64,000 bases of DNA from an uncultured virus (IMG/VR IMGVR_UViG_3300042923_001406) (Duplodnaviria > Heunggongvirae > Uroviricota > Caudoviricetes). The stretch lies in the IMG/VR virus record IMGVR_UViG_3300042923_001406. One strand, given 5' to 3'. This document shows, piece by piece, positions 1-10,058 of the stretch (the stretch's first letter is position 1; every line of letters starts with the position of its first letter). Position numbers and translations under genes: made by a program. The notes under the pieces are model-generated. The model was not told where the DNA came from, searched no databases, and saw only the letters and a list, made by a program, of their open reading frames with translations.

Positions 1-1
1 A

Positions 2-1870
2 TCAGATTCAAATTTTAATAACACATATGTATTTAATAAACCATTTGAAAAAATAATTAACCCCATAGAAATAGATTCATTTAATTTTCCTGAAGAAATA
101 ATGTATAATATGTATATCTCATACAAAGCATTAAAATCTCCTGCACTATTATGGGATGATTTCAGAGACAGAAGTATATCAGAAGATAAAATATGGACAT
201 ATAATGCAGATGAATTTATAGAACTTAATCCAGGATATGAAGATGGAGACCCATCTAAAAGTGTAAGTTATACTTTAGGTAATGTAGGTGATATACATGG
301 TTTAGGTGTAGGTGGTACTGGTTCAGGTAAATCAGTATTTGTTAATAATTTAATAGCTAATATATGTACTAAATACAATCCTAAAGATATAAGTTTATGG
401 TTAGTTGATTTTAAAGGAAGTGAATTCAACTTTTATTTACAAAAACCTGAAATAGGACAAAAGTATATATTACCACATATTGATGCTTGTTTATGTACTT
501 CAGACCCGGATTTCTCAGTTTCTTTATTTTCAGCTATAAGAAAAGAAGCAGATGATAGATATAAATTTCTTATGTCTAAAGGATATAAGAATATGTATGA
601 ATATAATAAATCAATGAGAAAAGAAGATACACCAGAACTTTGTTTAAAACGTACTTTAGTAATAGTAGATGAATTTCAAGTAATATTTGAAAAAACAGAT
701 AGTAAAGCACAAGAAATATTAAAGAAACATATAACACAATTATCCAAAGTAGCACGTGCTGCTGGAATACATTTACTATTTTTCTCTCAATCTATGACAG
801 GTACAATTAGTAATGATATATTATCACAATTTACATTAAGATTCGCATTAAGATGTCCGATGGATGTTTCTATGTCTATAATGGGAACTAAATATGCTGG
901 TGATATAAGAGAGAAGAATGGGTATTTATATGTTTCATCATCAGATGATAAAAAGAAAGAATTACAAAAGAAATTTAGAACACCATTTATACCAGATAAA
1001 ACTTTAAGAAATCAAATAGATACATTATATAAAAGATATATGCTAGAATCTTATAGAAGAGAAAAAGAAGCAATAACTTATGATGAAACAACTATACATG
1101 AATTAAGTGAAGTTGATGAGTTATATTCTACTATTCTTAAAGATATAGATATGAATAATAGAATGATATTAGGTGAGCGTATGGTTTATTCTAATAAAGG
1201 TAGAAGAGCTAATATATTATTTGATAGAGAGAATAATACACATGTATTTTCAGTATTTGAAAATAATGAAGATTTAATATGGTTCTTTAATACTATAATG
1301 TTTAACATAGGAAAAACAGAAAATGCTAATGTTATTTTTAATTCAGTTGATAAGGATTTAACATATTTATTTGATTTAGATTATTATATAAATAAATATA
1401 ATTGTAAGGAGTTTAATAATCCAGAAATGACTCCAGATATATTATTAAAAACTTTTAAGGATATAAATGAAAGAAGAAAAACTATAGATACTAATATTTT
1501 AAAACCTTTATATATAGTATTAATAGGTTGGAACAAATTAATGAAATTTGGAGTAGCAAATGATTTTAAACTAACAGATCCGTATGTTACATTAATGCAA
1601 GTATGTGGTTCAATGCATATCCACTTTATATTTATATCTAAATCTAATGCAGATATACCAAAACAAATATCTAATATATCTAATTATAGAATAGCTGGTA
1701 AGTGTGATTCTAAATCATCTACTATTTTATTTGATTCTGATGTGGCATATAAAAACTATGAACAAGATAACGGATATATGTTTTTATATAATTCTGGTTC
1801 AATAGAAAGATTAAAAATTTATAGAAGTAAAATTAATAAAGAGTTAAAAGAAAAAGAAATAATTATATAG
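2..1870 (+). CDS. FtsK/SpoIIIE-domain ATPase, EssC/EccC-like (5' end outside the window)
   Basis: The frame is open from base 2. Walker A HGLGVGGTGSGKS, LVDFKG, Walker B LVIVDEFQ and ARAAGIHL..SQ are typical of the FtsK domain. A second, degenerate ATPase-like domain follows. Confidence 0.85.
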   Translation, partial: SDSNFNNTYVFNKPFEKIINPIEIDSFNFPEEIMYNMYISYKALKSPALLWDDFRDRSISEDKIWTYNADEFIELNPGYEDGDPSKSVSYTLGNVGDIHGLGVGGTGSGKSVFVNNLIANICTKYNPKDISLWLVDFKGSEFNFYLQKPEIGQKYILPHIDACLCTSDPDFSVSLFSAIRKEADDRYKFLMSKGYKNMYEYNKSMRKEDTPELCLKRTLVIVDEFQVIFEKTDSKAQEILKKHITQLSKVARAAGIHLLFFSQSMTGTISNDILSQFTLRFALRCPMDVSMSIMGTKYAGDIREKNGYLYVSSSDDKKKELQKKFRTPFIPDKTLRNQIDTLYKRYMLESYRREKEAITYDETTIHELSEVDELYSTILKDIDMNNRMILGERMVYSNKGRRANILFDRENNTHVFSVFENNEDLIWFFNTIMFNIGKTENANVIFNSVDKDLTYLFDLDYYINKYNCKEFNNPEMTPDILLKTFKDINERRKTIDTNILKPLYIVLIGWNKLMKFGVANDFKLTDPYVTLMQVCGSMHIHFIFISKSNADIPKQISNISNYRIAGKCDSKSSTILFDSDVAYKNYEQDNGYMFLYNSGSIERLKIYRSKINKELKEKEIII

Positions 1871-1882
1871 GGAGGTATAATT

Positions 1883-2176
1883 ATGTTAGTAGTTAATGCA
1901 GTAGGTTGTACTTTAGATAATAACTGTTTACAATCAATAATAGATAGTGCTGTAGATGAAAATTATAGTAGTATATTAACTGATAGTGAAAAGGTATCTA
2001 ATTATATAGAAAATAAACATAACAATAAAATAAAAATAATTCAGGAAGAAAATTTATTTATTTTATTAGCAAGAGCAATAACTAATTCTATATTACTTAT
2101 AACTAATATAGATAATTATATAAGTGATGAGTATAAAGATTTAAGTAAAGAGTATGATATAATTGAGATAAGATAA
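1883..2176 (+). CDS. hypothetical protein
   Basis: 97 aa ORF with GGAGG RBS, operonic with the FtsK-like gene. Confidence 0.7.
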   Translation: MLVVNAVGCTLDNNCLQSIIDSAVDENYSSILTDSEKVSNYIENKHNNKIKIIQEENLFILLARAITNSILLITNIDNYISDEYKDLSKEYDIIEIR

Positions 2177-2177
2177 T

Positions 2178-2933
2178 ATGGAAAAACACAAGTATTTAAT
2201 AATTATATTAGCAGTAGTATTTATAAGTTTTGTTTTATATAATCAATTTTCTTTACCACTAGATGTAATAACTTTTAATCCAGATATATTATATAGAAGT
2301 AATATACAAAGTTCAACAATAGATCCTAAAGAATATTATAATAAGTTAAATAATATCTTATATAATGAAAATGATGAACTTTGTAATTATACTTTATCAT
2401 ATGGTAATAATTTAATAACTATAGAAGATAATAGAGGTATAGTATATCCATCTAATGAAATTATAGAAGAAAGTTTATACAAAGATAATATATATGATTT
2501 CTTTTATAATAAAATAGGAATAAATGGAGAAGAATTATTTAAAGATAATGATTTAATTATAATGCCATTAGACAATATGGGATTTAAAAATAATAATAAG
2601 TTAAATTCATCTTTAAAAGATGAATATGATAAAAATGATATAGAAATAGTAATAGGAACACAATATTTATTAGTATTTGAAGATGTTAAATCTTGGTGGT
2701 GTCATAATCATGTAGATTCAGAAAATATACAACATGATATATTTGTAGGTAATAGTTCTAAATCCACTATAAAACAAGTAGGTAAAGGAGCAATAATTGG
2801 TAAAGCAAAATCATCTACTTTAATGAAGATATACAAGATTAAATCTAATATAACAGACATAAGAGATGCGACTAGTATAGATAAAGATCTAGAACTTATA
2901 AATACAAATGATTATTTATTTAATAAAAACTAA
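2178..2933 (+). CDS. N-terminally membrane-anchored hypothetical protein; C-terminus weakly M23/LytM-fold-like
   Basis: Hydrophobic N-terminal helix; C-terminal WWCH...VGKGAIIGKA pattern, which is only a weak match. Confidence 0.55.
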   Translation: MEKHKYLIIILAVVFISFVLYNQFSLPLDVITFNPDILYRSNIQSSTIDPKEYYNKLNNILYNENDELCNYTLSYGNNLITIEDNRGIVYPSNEIIEESLYKDNIYDFFYNKIGINGEELFKDNDLIIMPLDNMGFKNNNKLNSSLKDEYDKNDIEIVIGTQYLLVFEDVKSWWCHNHVDSENIQHDIFVGNSSKSTIKQVGKGAIIGKAKSSTLMKIYKIKSNITDIRDATSIDKDLELINTNDYLFNKN

Positions 2934-2949
2934 AAGTATAATTTTATTT

Positions 2950-2984
2950 TTTAAAAATAATATAATTTCAGACATATACACTTG
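2950..2984 (+). promoter_or_regulatory. conserved bipartite motif copy 1 (putative element-specific promoter)
   Basis: TTTAAAAA-N12-AGACATATACACTTG, intergenic, upstream of the WXG100-like pair. Confidence 0.7.
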
Positions 2985-2994
2985 AGTAAGAGAT

Positions 2995-3021
2995 ATAGCG
3001 TGTTATATCTTAACACGCTAT
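2995..3021 (+). other. stem-loop followed by a T-run, in the leader of the WXG100-like genes
   Basis: ATAGCGTGTTA-tatct-TAACACGCTAT then TTTT; a second small inverted repeat TTAACCTA/TAGGTTAA follows. Confidence 0.55.
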
Positions 3022-3073
3022 TTTTAACCTAAAGATAGGTTAATGTGAGTATAATATAATGGAGGTAGATAAA

Positions 3074-3355
3074 ATGGCTCATGATTTAGTAATTGAAAAT
3101 CCACAAAAAGTGGACGCACAACTTGGAGAAGCTGTTGCAATTTTAAAGAACATAAAAAGCACATTAGAAACTGTTAGTGAAATAGGTTCTATGGATTTAA
3201 AAATAGGCGGGTTAGATACAGCTTTTGTGCGAATTAAAGAATTGAATAATGACATGGATAAAGCTGTTAAAACTGTTGAAACAATCAGGATAGACATCAA
3301 TGCTCATGTTAAAGAGTTTGAAAAAAGAAACTCTGAAGAAAATATGGGATATTAG
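3074..3355 (+). CDS. small helical protein, WXG100/EsxA-like partner
   Basis: 93 aa from the ATG after GGAGG; helix-turn(KIGG)-helix heptad pattern; sits next to the FtsK-like ATPase operon. Confidence 0.5.
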   Translation: MAHDLVIENPQKVDAQLGEAVAILKNIKSTLETVSEIGSMDLKIGGLDTAFVRIKELNNDMDKAVKTVETIRIDINAHVKEFEKRNSEENMGY

Positions 3356-3367
3356 GAGGAAGTTGAG

Positions 3368-3742
3368 ATGGCAAACAAAGGAATTCAATCAAGAACAGCC
3401 GATTATCAAAGAGCATTAGAAGGAGTAGGATATGCTACTTCAATACTTAAAAACAAACAGACTCAGTTAGAAGAAATTATAACTAACTTAAATAATCCAG
3501 AGGTAATGGATGGGGAAACTGGTAAAGAGTATACTAAAAAGATTATAGCTGTTTCAGGTACTGTAAATGCTTTATTAGAAAAGTTTGGTTTATTTGCTAA
3601 TAAAGTTGAAGAAGTTTGTAAGGCAAATGGTGCTTACTTAGATAATTCAGTTATGGCTGATATGAGTAAGGTTGAAGCAGCATTTAGACAAACAGCAGAG
3701 GATATAAAATCATTCAATGGTAAAACAAGTAAGAATGCTTAA
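3368..3742 (+). CDS. WXG100-like protein (MDG in place of WxG)
   Basis: Central VMDGETGKEY resembles the WxGxAxxxF turn and is flanked by amphipathic helices; AGGAGG RBS. Confidence 0.55.
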   Translation: MANKGIQSRTADYQRALEGVGYATSILKNKQTQLEEIITNLNNPEVMDGETGKEYTKKIIAVSGTVNALLEKFGLFANKVEEVCKANGAYLDNSVMADMSKVEAAFRQTAEDIKSFNGKTSKNA

Positions 3743-3781
3743 ATATCATCTAGGTATTGGAATAATTAATTTATAAGAGAA

Positions 3782-3810
3782 AGATAGGTATATAAAATAT
3801 ATACCTATCT
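3782..3810 (+). terminator. stem-loop after the WXG100-like pair (terminator or processing site)
   Basis: Perfect 13-bp inverted repeat AGATAGGTATATA-aaa-TATATACCTATCT; no strong U-tract. Confidence 0.55.
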
Positions 3811-3860
3811 GGAATTATATTATATAAGATATAATTAATGAATAGGAGAAAGTTATTCGT

Positions 3861-6800
3861 ATGATAAAAATATTAGGTAAGTTTACAAAAAACAACAATA
3901 TTATTGCTTGGCGTATAAAAGATGGCGATGATCAAACAGGTGTAGAATATAATATAGCTTATAGAGCTTTATATCACAAAATATTTTTTGATGAATTATT
4001 AAATTCAGGATATATTTTTCATGATTATCATGGTGATATTTCTACATTAGATGGGTTTAAGATAAGCGAGTTGCCAGAATCAACTGAATATTTATCAGAT
4101 TCAGAGTTAAATGATTTATTAGATAGTATAGAAGTAGGTATGTATGATGAAAAAGATATATTAGAATACTTTAAACGTGATACTAATATAGAATTCGTAA
4201 ATGTATTAGAATCAGAGAATCCTACAGTGAAAAATAGAGAAGAATTTATTAAATTTTTGAAAACAAGTTCATATGCTATGGATAGGGGTATAAAGACCTT
4301 TATAACAAAATCAATAAATTCATTTGTTTCTAAAGATGCTTTATTTACTTTAGAAGAAATAATAGGTAATTCTGAAATTCGTGCTTTATTTGTAAAAATG
4401 TTTGACATTTATACAATGAAAACTATGAATGATTTAAATGAATTGATAAAAGATTACAATATAGATATTAATAATAGAGATAAAGAAACAACAATGTTAA
4501 ATCTTTTAAAAGAATTTTTCTCTTATGGGATACCTGGATTAAATGTTAATATTCTATCTATAAAATATGATAAGTATCCTTCTAATCCATTTAGATATAT
4601 AAATAATGATATAATGAATCATGCTAGTTTAGAGTATGGTTTAAGAAGAAATTCAGATTATAAATTCTTTAGTAATGATTTTGTTGATAAAGATTATAAT
4701 TCTTTAAGAAATGATGACATGTATGATACAAGTGCTATAATAAATACAAAACCAGTTAATGATATGAAACCTGATAAAATATCAGATGATTATTCTATAT
4801 TACCTTATGGTGATAAGTATTTACCACCTAGAGTAATAATAGAAGTTTTATCTAATACTGATAATATAAAGTATACTTTTATAGCAGATTGTAATGAAGC
4901 TCATTTATATTATAATTCTGTAGAAAAAATAAAAACATTAGAATTATTTAATTTCTTTACAATAGATAGTGTTAAGATAAATATAAGTAGAATATTAAAC
5001 AATGGAATAGATTATATATTTAATTCTGTTTTAATAAGAGAATATATATTAAATAATGTAGAAAAAGCTATAGTTAAACCTAAATATGATAGTACATTCA
5101 AAATAATGTCAAATATTGGTGTATCCCCTTATTATATTCCTATGTTTATAAATAAACTAATAGGAAATGGTTTTGCAGCATATCCAGAAGTTGAAAATGC
5201 TTCTATATTTAATACATTACATTATTACTGTTCAGATACTTTTAGAAATGGATTATCACAGTATATTTTGAATAAATATGGTCAAGATTGTGATGAAGAT
5301 TTAAATGAAAAAAGTCTTGTAGAACAGATGGAAATAATAAATGATAAAGTAAATGAATTAAAAGAATCAAATCAATATCTTATAGAACCAGCTGTTACTG
5401 AAGGTATGCCTAAAATTAGTAGTCCTGAATGGGTGTCTTGGCAAGAAGAATATTATGCTAATGAAATAGGAAATATTAATTTTGTTTATATGGTATTAGA
5501 TGGTATACAAAATATTGCTAATTTAGCAATAGGGAAGCAAATAGATAAGAGTTTTAATAATAGAAAGATATTTGGTGCAATATATGGAGCTTTTGAAGCA
5601 GAAAGATTAATTAATAATTCAATTACTTGTAGTGATTTTTTGATTAATTATGTTAATAAATATATAGATACTTCTGTAGTATTTAGAAAGAGAACAGCTT
5701 CACACGATGGTTGTTTAAAAGACATAGCTTTATTAAGAAATATAATGTCTGAAGAAGCACATAGTTTAGTATATATAACAAAAGTATTCAGAGAAAATGG
5801 AAATAGTATGTTAAATGAAGTTAACAGACATTTCGGATTTGAATCAATAGTTATGGATAAAAGTGCCGGTTCAAAAGGAAAAGAAATATTTACAAGTTTA
5901 AGAGATCAATTAAATAAAGAGTTATTTAAAAAGAAGTTAGATGAGTATAATTATGTAACAGGAGATATTTCCTCTTTAATATTAATGAATATATATAATA
6001 AAGCAGATAAAGCTAGATTAGAAGATGATATTTATTATATTCCATTTAATATTAAGTTACCAAATGGAGAAGATTTTAATTGTGAAGTAAGACTAGCTAA
6101 ACAATACTATGTATTAGTACAAAATGGAACTTTATTTACAGTTAAATATTCTACTAACTATGATTTCTGTGAAAATCAGTTCTCAAAAGCTAATGTTAAT
6201 TGTGATTATTATTGTGTAAATGCTAATATTAGTCCGTGGAACGTAACACCAAGAGAAGGATTTAAAATAATGGAATATAACTTATATTTAAATTATTTTA
6301 AAGAAGATGAATTAAAACAAGTATTACCAGATTCAATATTAGATAAGATGAAACAATCAGGTTCTAAAGTAATATCTTGTTTAAGAGATAATTTTTCAAA
6401 ATATGAAATGTTTCCTTCTATGCCTGGGTTATTTAATAAAGCAGAAGAAACAAAAAGAGCAGTAGAAGGATTTTTCTTATATAAAAATGAAGTTGAATCT
6501 TTAAGTAATTACATTACAAGAACTTTATTTGATATAAAAGAAGAAAAAAAGAAAGAATTAGCTGTTAAAAACACTCTATTAAAATCTGATATTTATTATT
6601 ATAATTTTAAACCTTATATGCAAAATGATGGTGTTACTGATGAATTTTTAACATATTATGAGCAATATGAGTCTAAACTTACAAATAAACATATATCAGA
6701 AATGGTACCAAGATTATTAGAGAATGATTGGTTAGAAAATATTAATAATATTCTTTTAATACCAACTAATGGAAATATATCTTCAGAAAAGATTAAATTT

Positions 6801-7040
6801 AGTGAAATTTCATTTAATAATAAAATATGGAATAAAAAATTATTGACTTCTGATTTTAATACTTCTAACAATGTATTTATATCAAGAGGTTCTATAAATT
6901 ATTGTAGTAAGAAAAAGATGATAAATAGATTAACAGAACAAGATTTACAAGAATTATGTAATGATAAGGTAGCTATACAAATAGACAGCAGAAATTATGT
7001 AATAAAAACAATACAAGGATTAGTAAAGGTAGGTATATAA
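3861..7040 (+). CDS. large hypothetical protein abutting the DNA polymerase gene
   Basis: 1059 aa ORF with AGGAG RBS; its TAA is immediately followed by the polymerase ATG. Confidence 0.8.
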   Translation: MIKILGKFTKNNNIIAWRIKDGDDQTGVEYNIAYRALYHKIFFDELLNSGYIFHDYHGDISTLDGFKISELPESTEYLSDSELNDLLDSIEVGMYDEKDILEYFKRDTNIEFVNVLESENPTVKNREEFIKFLKTSSYAMDRGIKTFITKSINSFVSKDALFTLEEIIGNSEIRALFVKMFDIYTMKTMNDLNELIKDYNIDINNRDKETTMLNLLKEFFSYGIPGLNVNILSIKYDKYPSNPFRYINNDIMNHASLEYGLRRNSDYKFFSNDFVDKDYNSLRNDDMYDTSAIINTKPVNDMKPDKISDDYSILPYGDKYLPPRVIIEVLSNTDNIKYTFIADCNEAHLYYNSVEKIKTLELFNFFTIDSVKINISRILNNGIDYIFNSVLIREYILNNVEKAIVKPKYDSTFKIMSNIGVSPYYIPMFINKLIGNGFAAYPEVENASIFNTLHYYCSDTFRNGLSQYILNKYGQDCDEDLNEKSLVEQMEIINDKVNELKESNQYLIEPAVTEGMPKISSPEWVSWQEEYYANEIGNINFVYMVLDGIQNIANLAIGKQIDKSFNNRKIFGAIYGAFEAERLINNSITCSDFLINYVNKYIDTSVVFRKRTASHDGCLKDIALLRNIMSEEAHSLVYITKVFRENGNSMLNEVNRHFGFESIVMDKSAGSKGKEIFTSLRDQLNKELFKKKLDEYNYVTGDISSLILMNIYNKADKARLEDDIYYIPFNIKLPNGEDFNCEVRLAKQYYVLVQNGTLFTVKYSTNYDFCENQFSKANVNCDYYCVNANISPWNVTPREGFKIMEYNLYLNYFKEDELKQVLPDSILDKMKQSGSKVISCLRDNFSKYEMFPSMPGLFNKAEETKRAVEGFFLYKNEVESLSNYITRTLFDIKEEKKKELAVKNTLLKSDIYYYNFKPYMQNDGVTDEFLTYYEQYESKLTNKHISEMVPRLLENDWLENINNILLIPTNGNISSEKIKFSEISFNNKIWNKKLLTSDFNTSNNVFISRGSINYCSKKKMINRLTEQDLQELCNDKVAIQIDSRNYVIKTIQGLVKVGI

Positions 7041-8378
7041 ATGTTAAGACTTAATTTAGACCAAAGACCACCATCAATTCAAGAAAGAGTTGATATAATG
7101 CGAAAACACATATCTAAAGGTGGTGTACCAGTAGATTATGATAGACTAGTTGAATATTTAACACACTTTAGAGTTGAGATGTTTGAAACAGGTTCTAAAT
7201 TATTATCTTTAATGAAGTCTAAAGATCCCTATTTTACATCTAATTCTATTAAGAAATGGACTAAAGAAAATAATATAAAAGTTGGATTTAACTTAACAGA
7301 AACAGGTAATGTATCTTATAATGCTGAATCATTAGATAGTTTTATAAACACTAATTATTATGGTGAGGAAATTACCAATATAGTTAAAATTTTAAAATTA
7401 TATAACTTCTATACAGCACAAATTTCTTTATTACCTGGTATACTCGATCAATACCAACCATCAGGGTTAGAATCAGAAGATGGAAGAAGATTAGTTCTTA
7501 TAAAGCCTGGGATAGAAGCACAAAATACAGGTAGATTTGGTATAGTAAATCCAGCTTTAATGAATTTACCACGTATCATGAAAGATATTTATGTAGCACC
7601 TAAAGGTTGGACTTTAATGTCAGCAGATTCAGGTCAAATTGAACCTAAATTTATATATGGATTTTATATGCCTGACAGACAAATACAAAAACTTATATTA
7701 CTCTATGGAGATGCTTATTATGCTATATTGCATTATTGTAGAATGCCTATAGAGGATATAAGAAATATGAGAATGGATTTTGAAGCTATAGAAATAACAC
7801 CAGAATTAAAAGAATTAAGACAGAAATTAAAAACATATGGAAATGGTGTTATGTATGGTTCTACGTATAATCCTGAAAAAGATAAATTAAAAGAACAATA
7901 TATACAAAGAATCGGTCAACATCCTCTAAGAATAGAATGGCAAAAGAAACTTGAAATTAAATTAAATCAAGGTCAAAGAATATTTCCTTCTTTATTTGGT
8001 ACTCCAGTAGATATTTATAAATCTGAAAAATTTATAAAAGCTAAAACAGATAAGGATAAACAATTGGCTTTAATACATTGTATGATAAATAATCCTATAC
8101 AAGCAACTGCAGGGGATTGCATGGGATTTTCTTTACAAGCCTCAGATTATTTATTAAGTAAGAAAGCTCCAAATAGTTGGATTACTAAATATGTTCATGA
8201 TGAAGGACAATATTGTATTCATAACTCAGAAAAAGATTATGTATTGGAGGAATTATCAGGACATACATCATATAATGTAGAAGATATAGTTCTAATATAT
8301 AATGAGCCTAAATTTGGAAGGGAATTTAATAAAGATATACCAATATCATATGAACATCTATTCTCGGAGGCAGTTTAA
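7041..8378 (+). CDS. polA: family A DNA polymerase, polymerase domain only
   Basis: NTGRFG..NPALMNLP, motif A SADSGQIEPK, motif B RQKLKTYGNGVMYG, NNPIQATAGD and motif C YVHDEG. Confidence 0.9.
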   Translation: MLRLNLDQRPPSIQERVDIMRKHISKGGVPVDYDRLVEYLTHFRVEMFETGSKLLSLMKSKDPYFTSNSIKKWTKENNIKVGFNLTETGNVSYNAESLDSFINTNYYGEEITNIVKILKLYNFYTAQISLLPGILDQYQPSGLESEDGRRLVLIKPGIEAQNTGRFGIVNPALMNLPRIMKDIYVAPKGWTLMSADSGQIEPKFIYGFYMPDRQIQKLILLYGDAYYAILHYCRMPIEDIRNMRMDFEAIEITPELKELRQKLKTYGNGVMYGSTYNPEKDKLKEQYIQRIGQHPLRIEWQKKLEIKLNQGQRIFPSLFGTPVDIYKSEKFIKAKTDKDKQLALIHCMINNPIQATAGDCMGFSLQASDYLLSKKAPNSWITKYVHDEGQYCIHNSEKDYVLEELSGHTSYNVEDIVLIYNEPKFGREFNKDIPISYEHLFSEAV

Positions 8379-8380
8379 AT

Positions 8381-8839
8381 ATGAGATATAAAATATATAC
8401 AGATGCTGCTACAAGATTATTGGAAGGCTATTCTAGAATAGCCTTCATTGTTTTACAGGGAAACAATTATATTACTACACATAGTGAATTAGTACAAGAA
8501 AAAAGTACTGCAAATGCTGAGTCTATAGCTATAGGTAAAGCTCTAAAATACGTTGTAGAGAATATAAAAATAGATAAAGATAAAGATGAAATAATTGTAA
8601 TAACAGATTCTTTATATGCTGTTAAATTATCTAGAAAATATTTTAAGAAATTAAAGAATGTAAATTCTAAAACTAAAGTAGTAGAGCCAATAAATGCTTA
8701 TTGGTTAAAAGATATTTATAATAGCATAGATAATATAGATTGTAATATATCTTTTATAAAAATACAAGCACATCAATCAGGAAAAACACCACATCATTAT
8801 ATAGATAGATTAGTTAAAATAGGTTTAAATTTAAAATAA
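8381..8839 (+). CDS. ribonuclease HI family protein
   Basis: IYTDAA, STANAESIAI, ITDSLY and KIQAH...IDRL retain the D-E-D-D catalytic set. Confidence 0.8.
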   Translation: MRYKIYTDAATRLLEGYSRIAFIVLQGNNYITTHSELVQEKSTANAESIAIGKALKYVVENIKIDKDKDEIIVITDSLYAVKLSRKYFKKLKNVNSKTKVVEPINAYWLKDIYNSIDNIDCNISFIKIQAHQSGKTPHHYIDRLVKIGLNLK

Positions 8840-8852
8840 GGAGTATATTAAA

Positions 8853-9416
8853 ATGTATGTATTAATAGCAAATGGCTATAAAGGTATAGTAGAATCTAAA
8901 GAAACATTAGATATATTATCAGCTATATATCCTTATCCTAAATTTAGAAAAGTAAAAACAAAAGAAGATGCAGTTAAATTTTTAAATAGGTATAATAGAA
9001 GAGATTATGGAGTTCATTTTAATAATTATGGTACTACTGATAGTAATTATTGTTATGCTTTCATAAAATATGTAATAGATAATAATGATTTATATGTATC
9101 TATAGATACTTCTAAAATAGGTTTTATTAGAATTAATAATAAAAATAAAAAAGATGTTGTGGTTGATAACAGACCTACTATGATTAGATTTAAAATAAGT
9201 AATATCAATTTAAAAGACGAGTTAATATCAGATCATTGTATAGCAATATATACAATACTAGATATATTAGGTGAATATGTAGATGTAAATATAGAAATAC
9301 CAGATATATCAGTATATCTAGCTTTGTATAAATATGTTGGTGAAAGTTACGTTATAAAAAATACACAAGAAATAATAAAAGAAAGATTAGGTGGTGTGTC
9401 TGTAACAATAAATTAG
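8853..9416 (+). CDS. RNase H1 hybrid-binding (viroplasmin/Cauli_VI-like) domain plus a degenerate RNase H-like domain
   Basis: The N-terminus GYKGIVES...YPYPKFRKVKTKEDAVKFL matches the hybrid-binding domain pattern. Confidence 0.55.
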   Translation: MYVLIANGYKGIVESKETLDILSAIYPYPKFRKVKTKEDAVKFLNRYNRRDYGVHFNNYGTTDSNYCYAFIKYVIDNNDLYVSIDTSKIGFIRINNKNKKDVVVDNRPTMIRFKISNINLKDELISDHCIAIYTILDILGEYVDVNIEIPDISVYLALYKYVGESYVIKNTQEIIKERLGGVSVTIN

Positions 9417-9427
9417 GAGGCTATAAT

Positions 9428-9595
9428 ATGTTATATAATATAGATATATCAGATATAGGTAAACTAATAATAACTATATTATTAGTTTATTTTTCTATAA
9501 AAATAACTTCTAAATTCATAAAATTTATTTTGTTTATATGTATAGTATTATTTGTCATAAATTTATTATTGAATTTAGGATTAATAAATGTTTAA
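9428..9595 (+). CDS. small membrane protein (55 aa, not in the ORF track)
   Basis: AGGAGG RBS; MLYNIDISDIGKLIITILLVYFSIK...; two hydrophobic stretches. Confidence 0.65.
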   Translation: MLYNIDISDIGKLIITILLVYFSIKITSKFIKFILFICIVLFVINLLLNLGLINV

Positions 9596-10058
9596 TAAAA
9601 AATTATTTTTATATTTATTTATATTTATAAGTATATTTATTTACATAATAAATGTAAATAAATATAAGATTGAAGTTGTAGGAGATAGTATGTCACCTAC
9701 TTATAAAGAAGGAGATATTTTATACTTTAATAAATATAACAAAAATAATTTGTTAAATAAAAATGACATTATATTATTTAACAATGACACAAACAAAAAT
9801 TTTATAATAAAAAGAGTTGTTGGTATTGAAGACGACATAATTGAAATAAAAAATAATATACTTTATATAAATAATATAGAGTATAATACATACATAAGTA
9901 ATAATAAAAAGTTCTTTATAAGTTACAAAAAATTTATAGTTAAAAAAGAAGAAGTATTTGTTATAGGTGATAATTTTTATAATTCTTTAGATAGTAAAAT
10001 TTTAGGTTGCATTTCTACTAAAGATATAAAAGGATACATTAAAGAAAGAGGTAATTAA
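9588..10058 (+). CDS. lepB: signal peptidase I (S26)
   Basis: TM anchor, GDSMSPT (catalytic Ser), IIKRVVG (catalytic Lys) and GDN..NSLDS. Confidence 0.9.
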   Translation: MFNKKLFLYLFIFISIFIYIINVNKYKIEVVGDSMSPTYKEGDILYFNKYNKNNLLNKNDIILFNNDTNKNFIIKRVVGIEDDIIEIKNNILYINNIEYNTYISNNKKFFISYKKFIVKKEEVFVIGDNFYNSLDSKILGCISTKDIKGYIKERGN

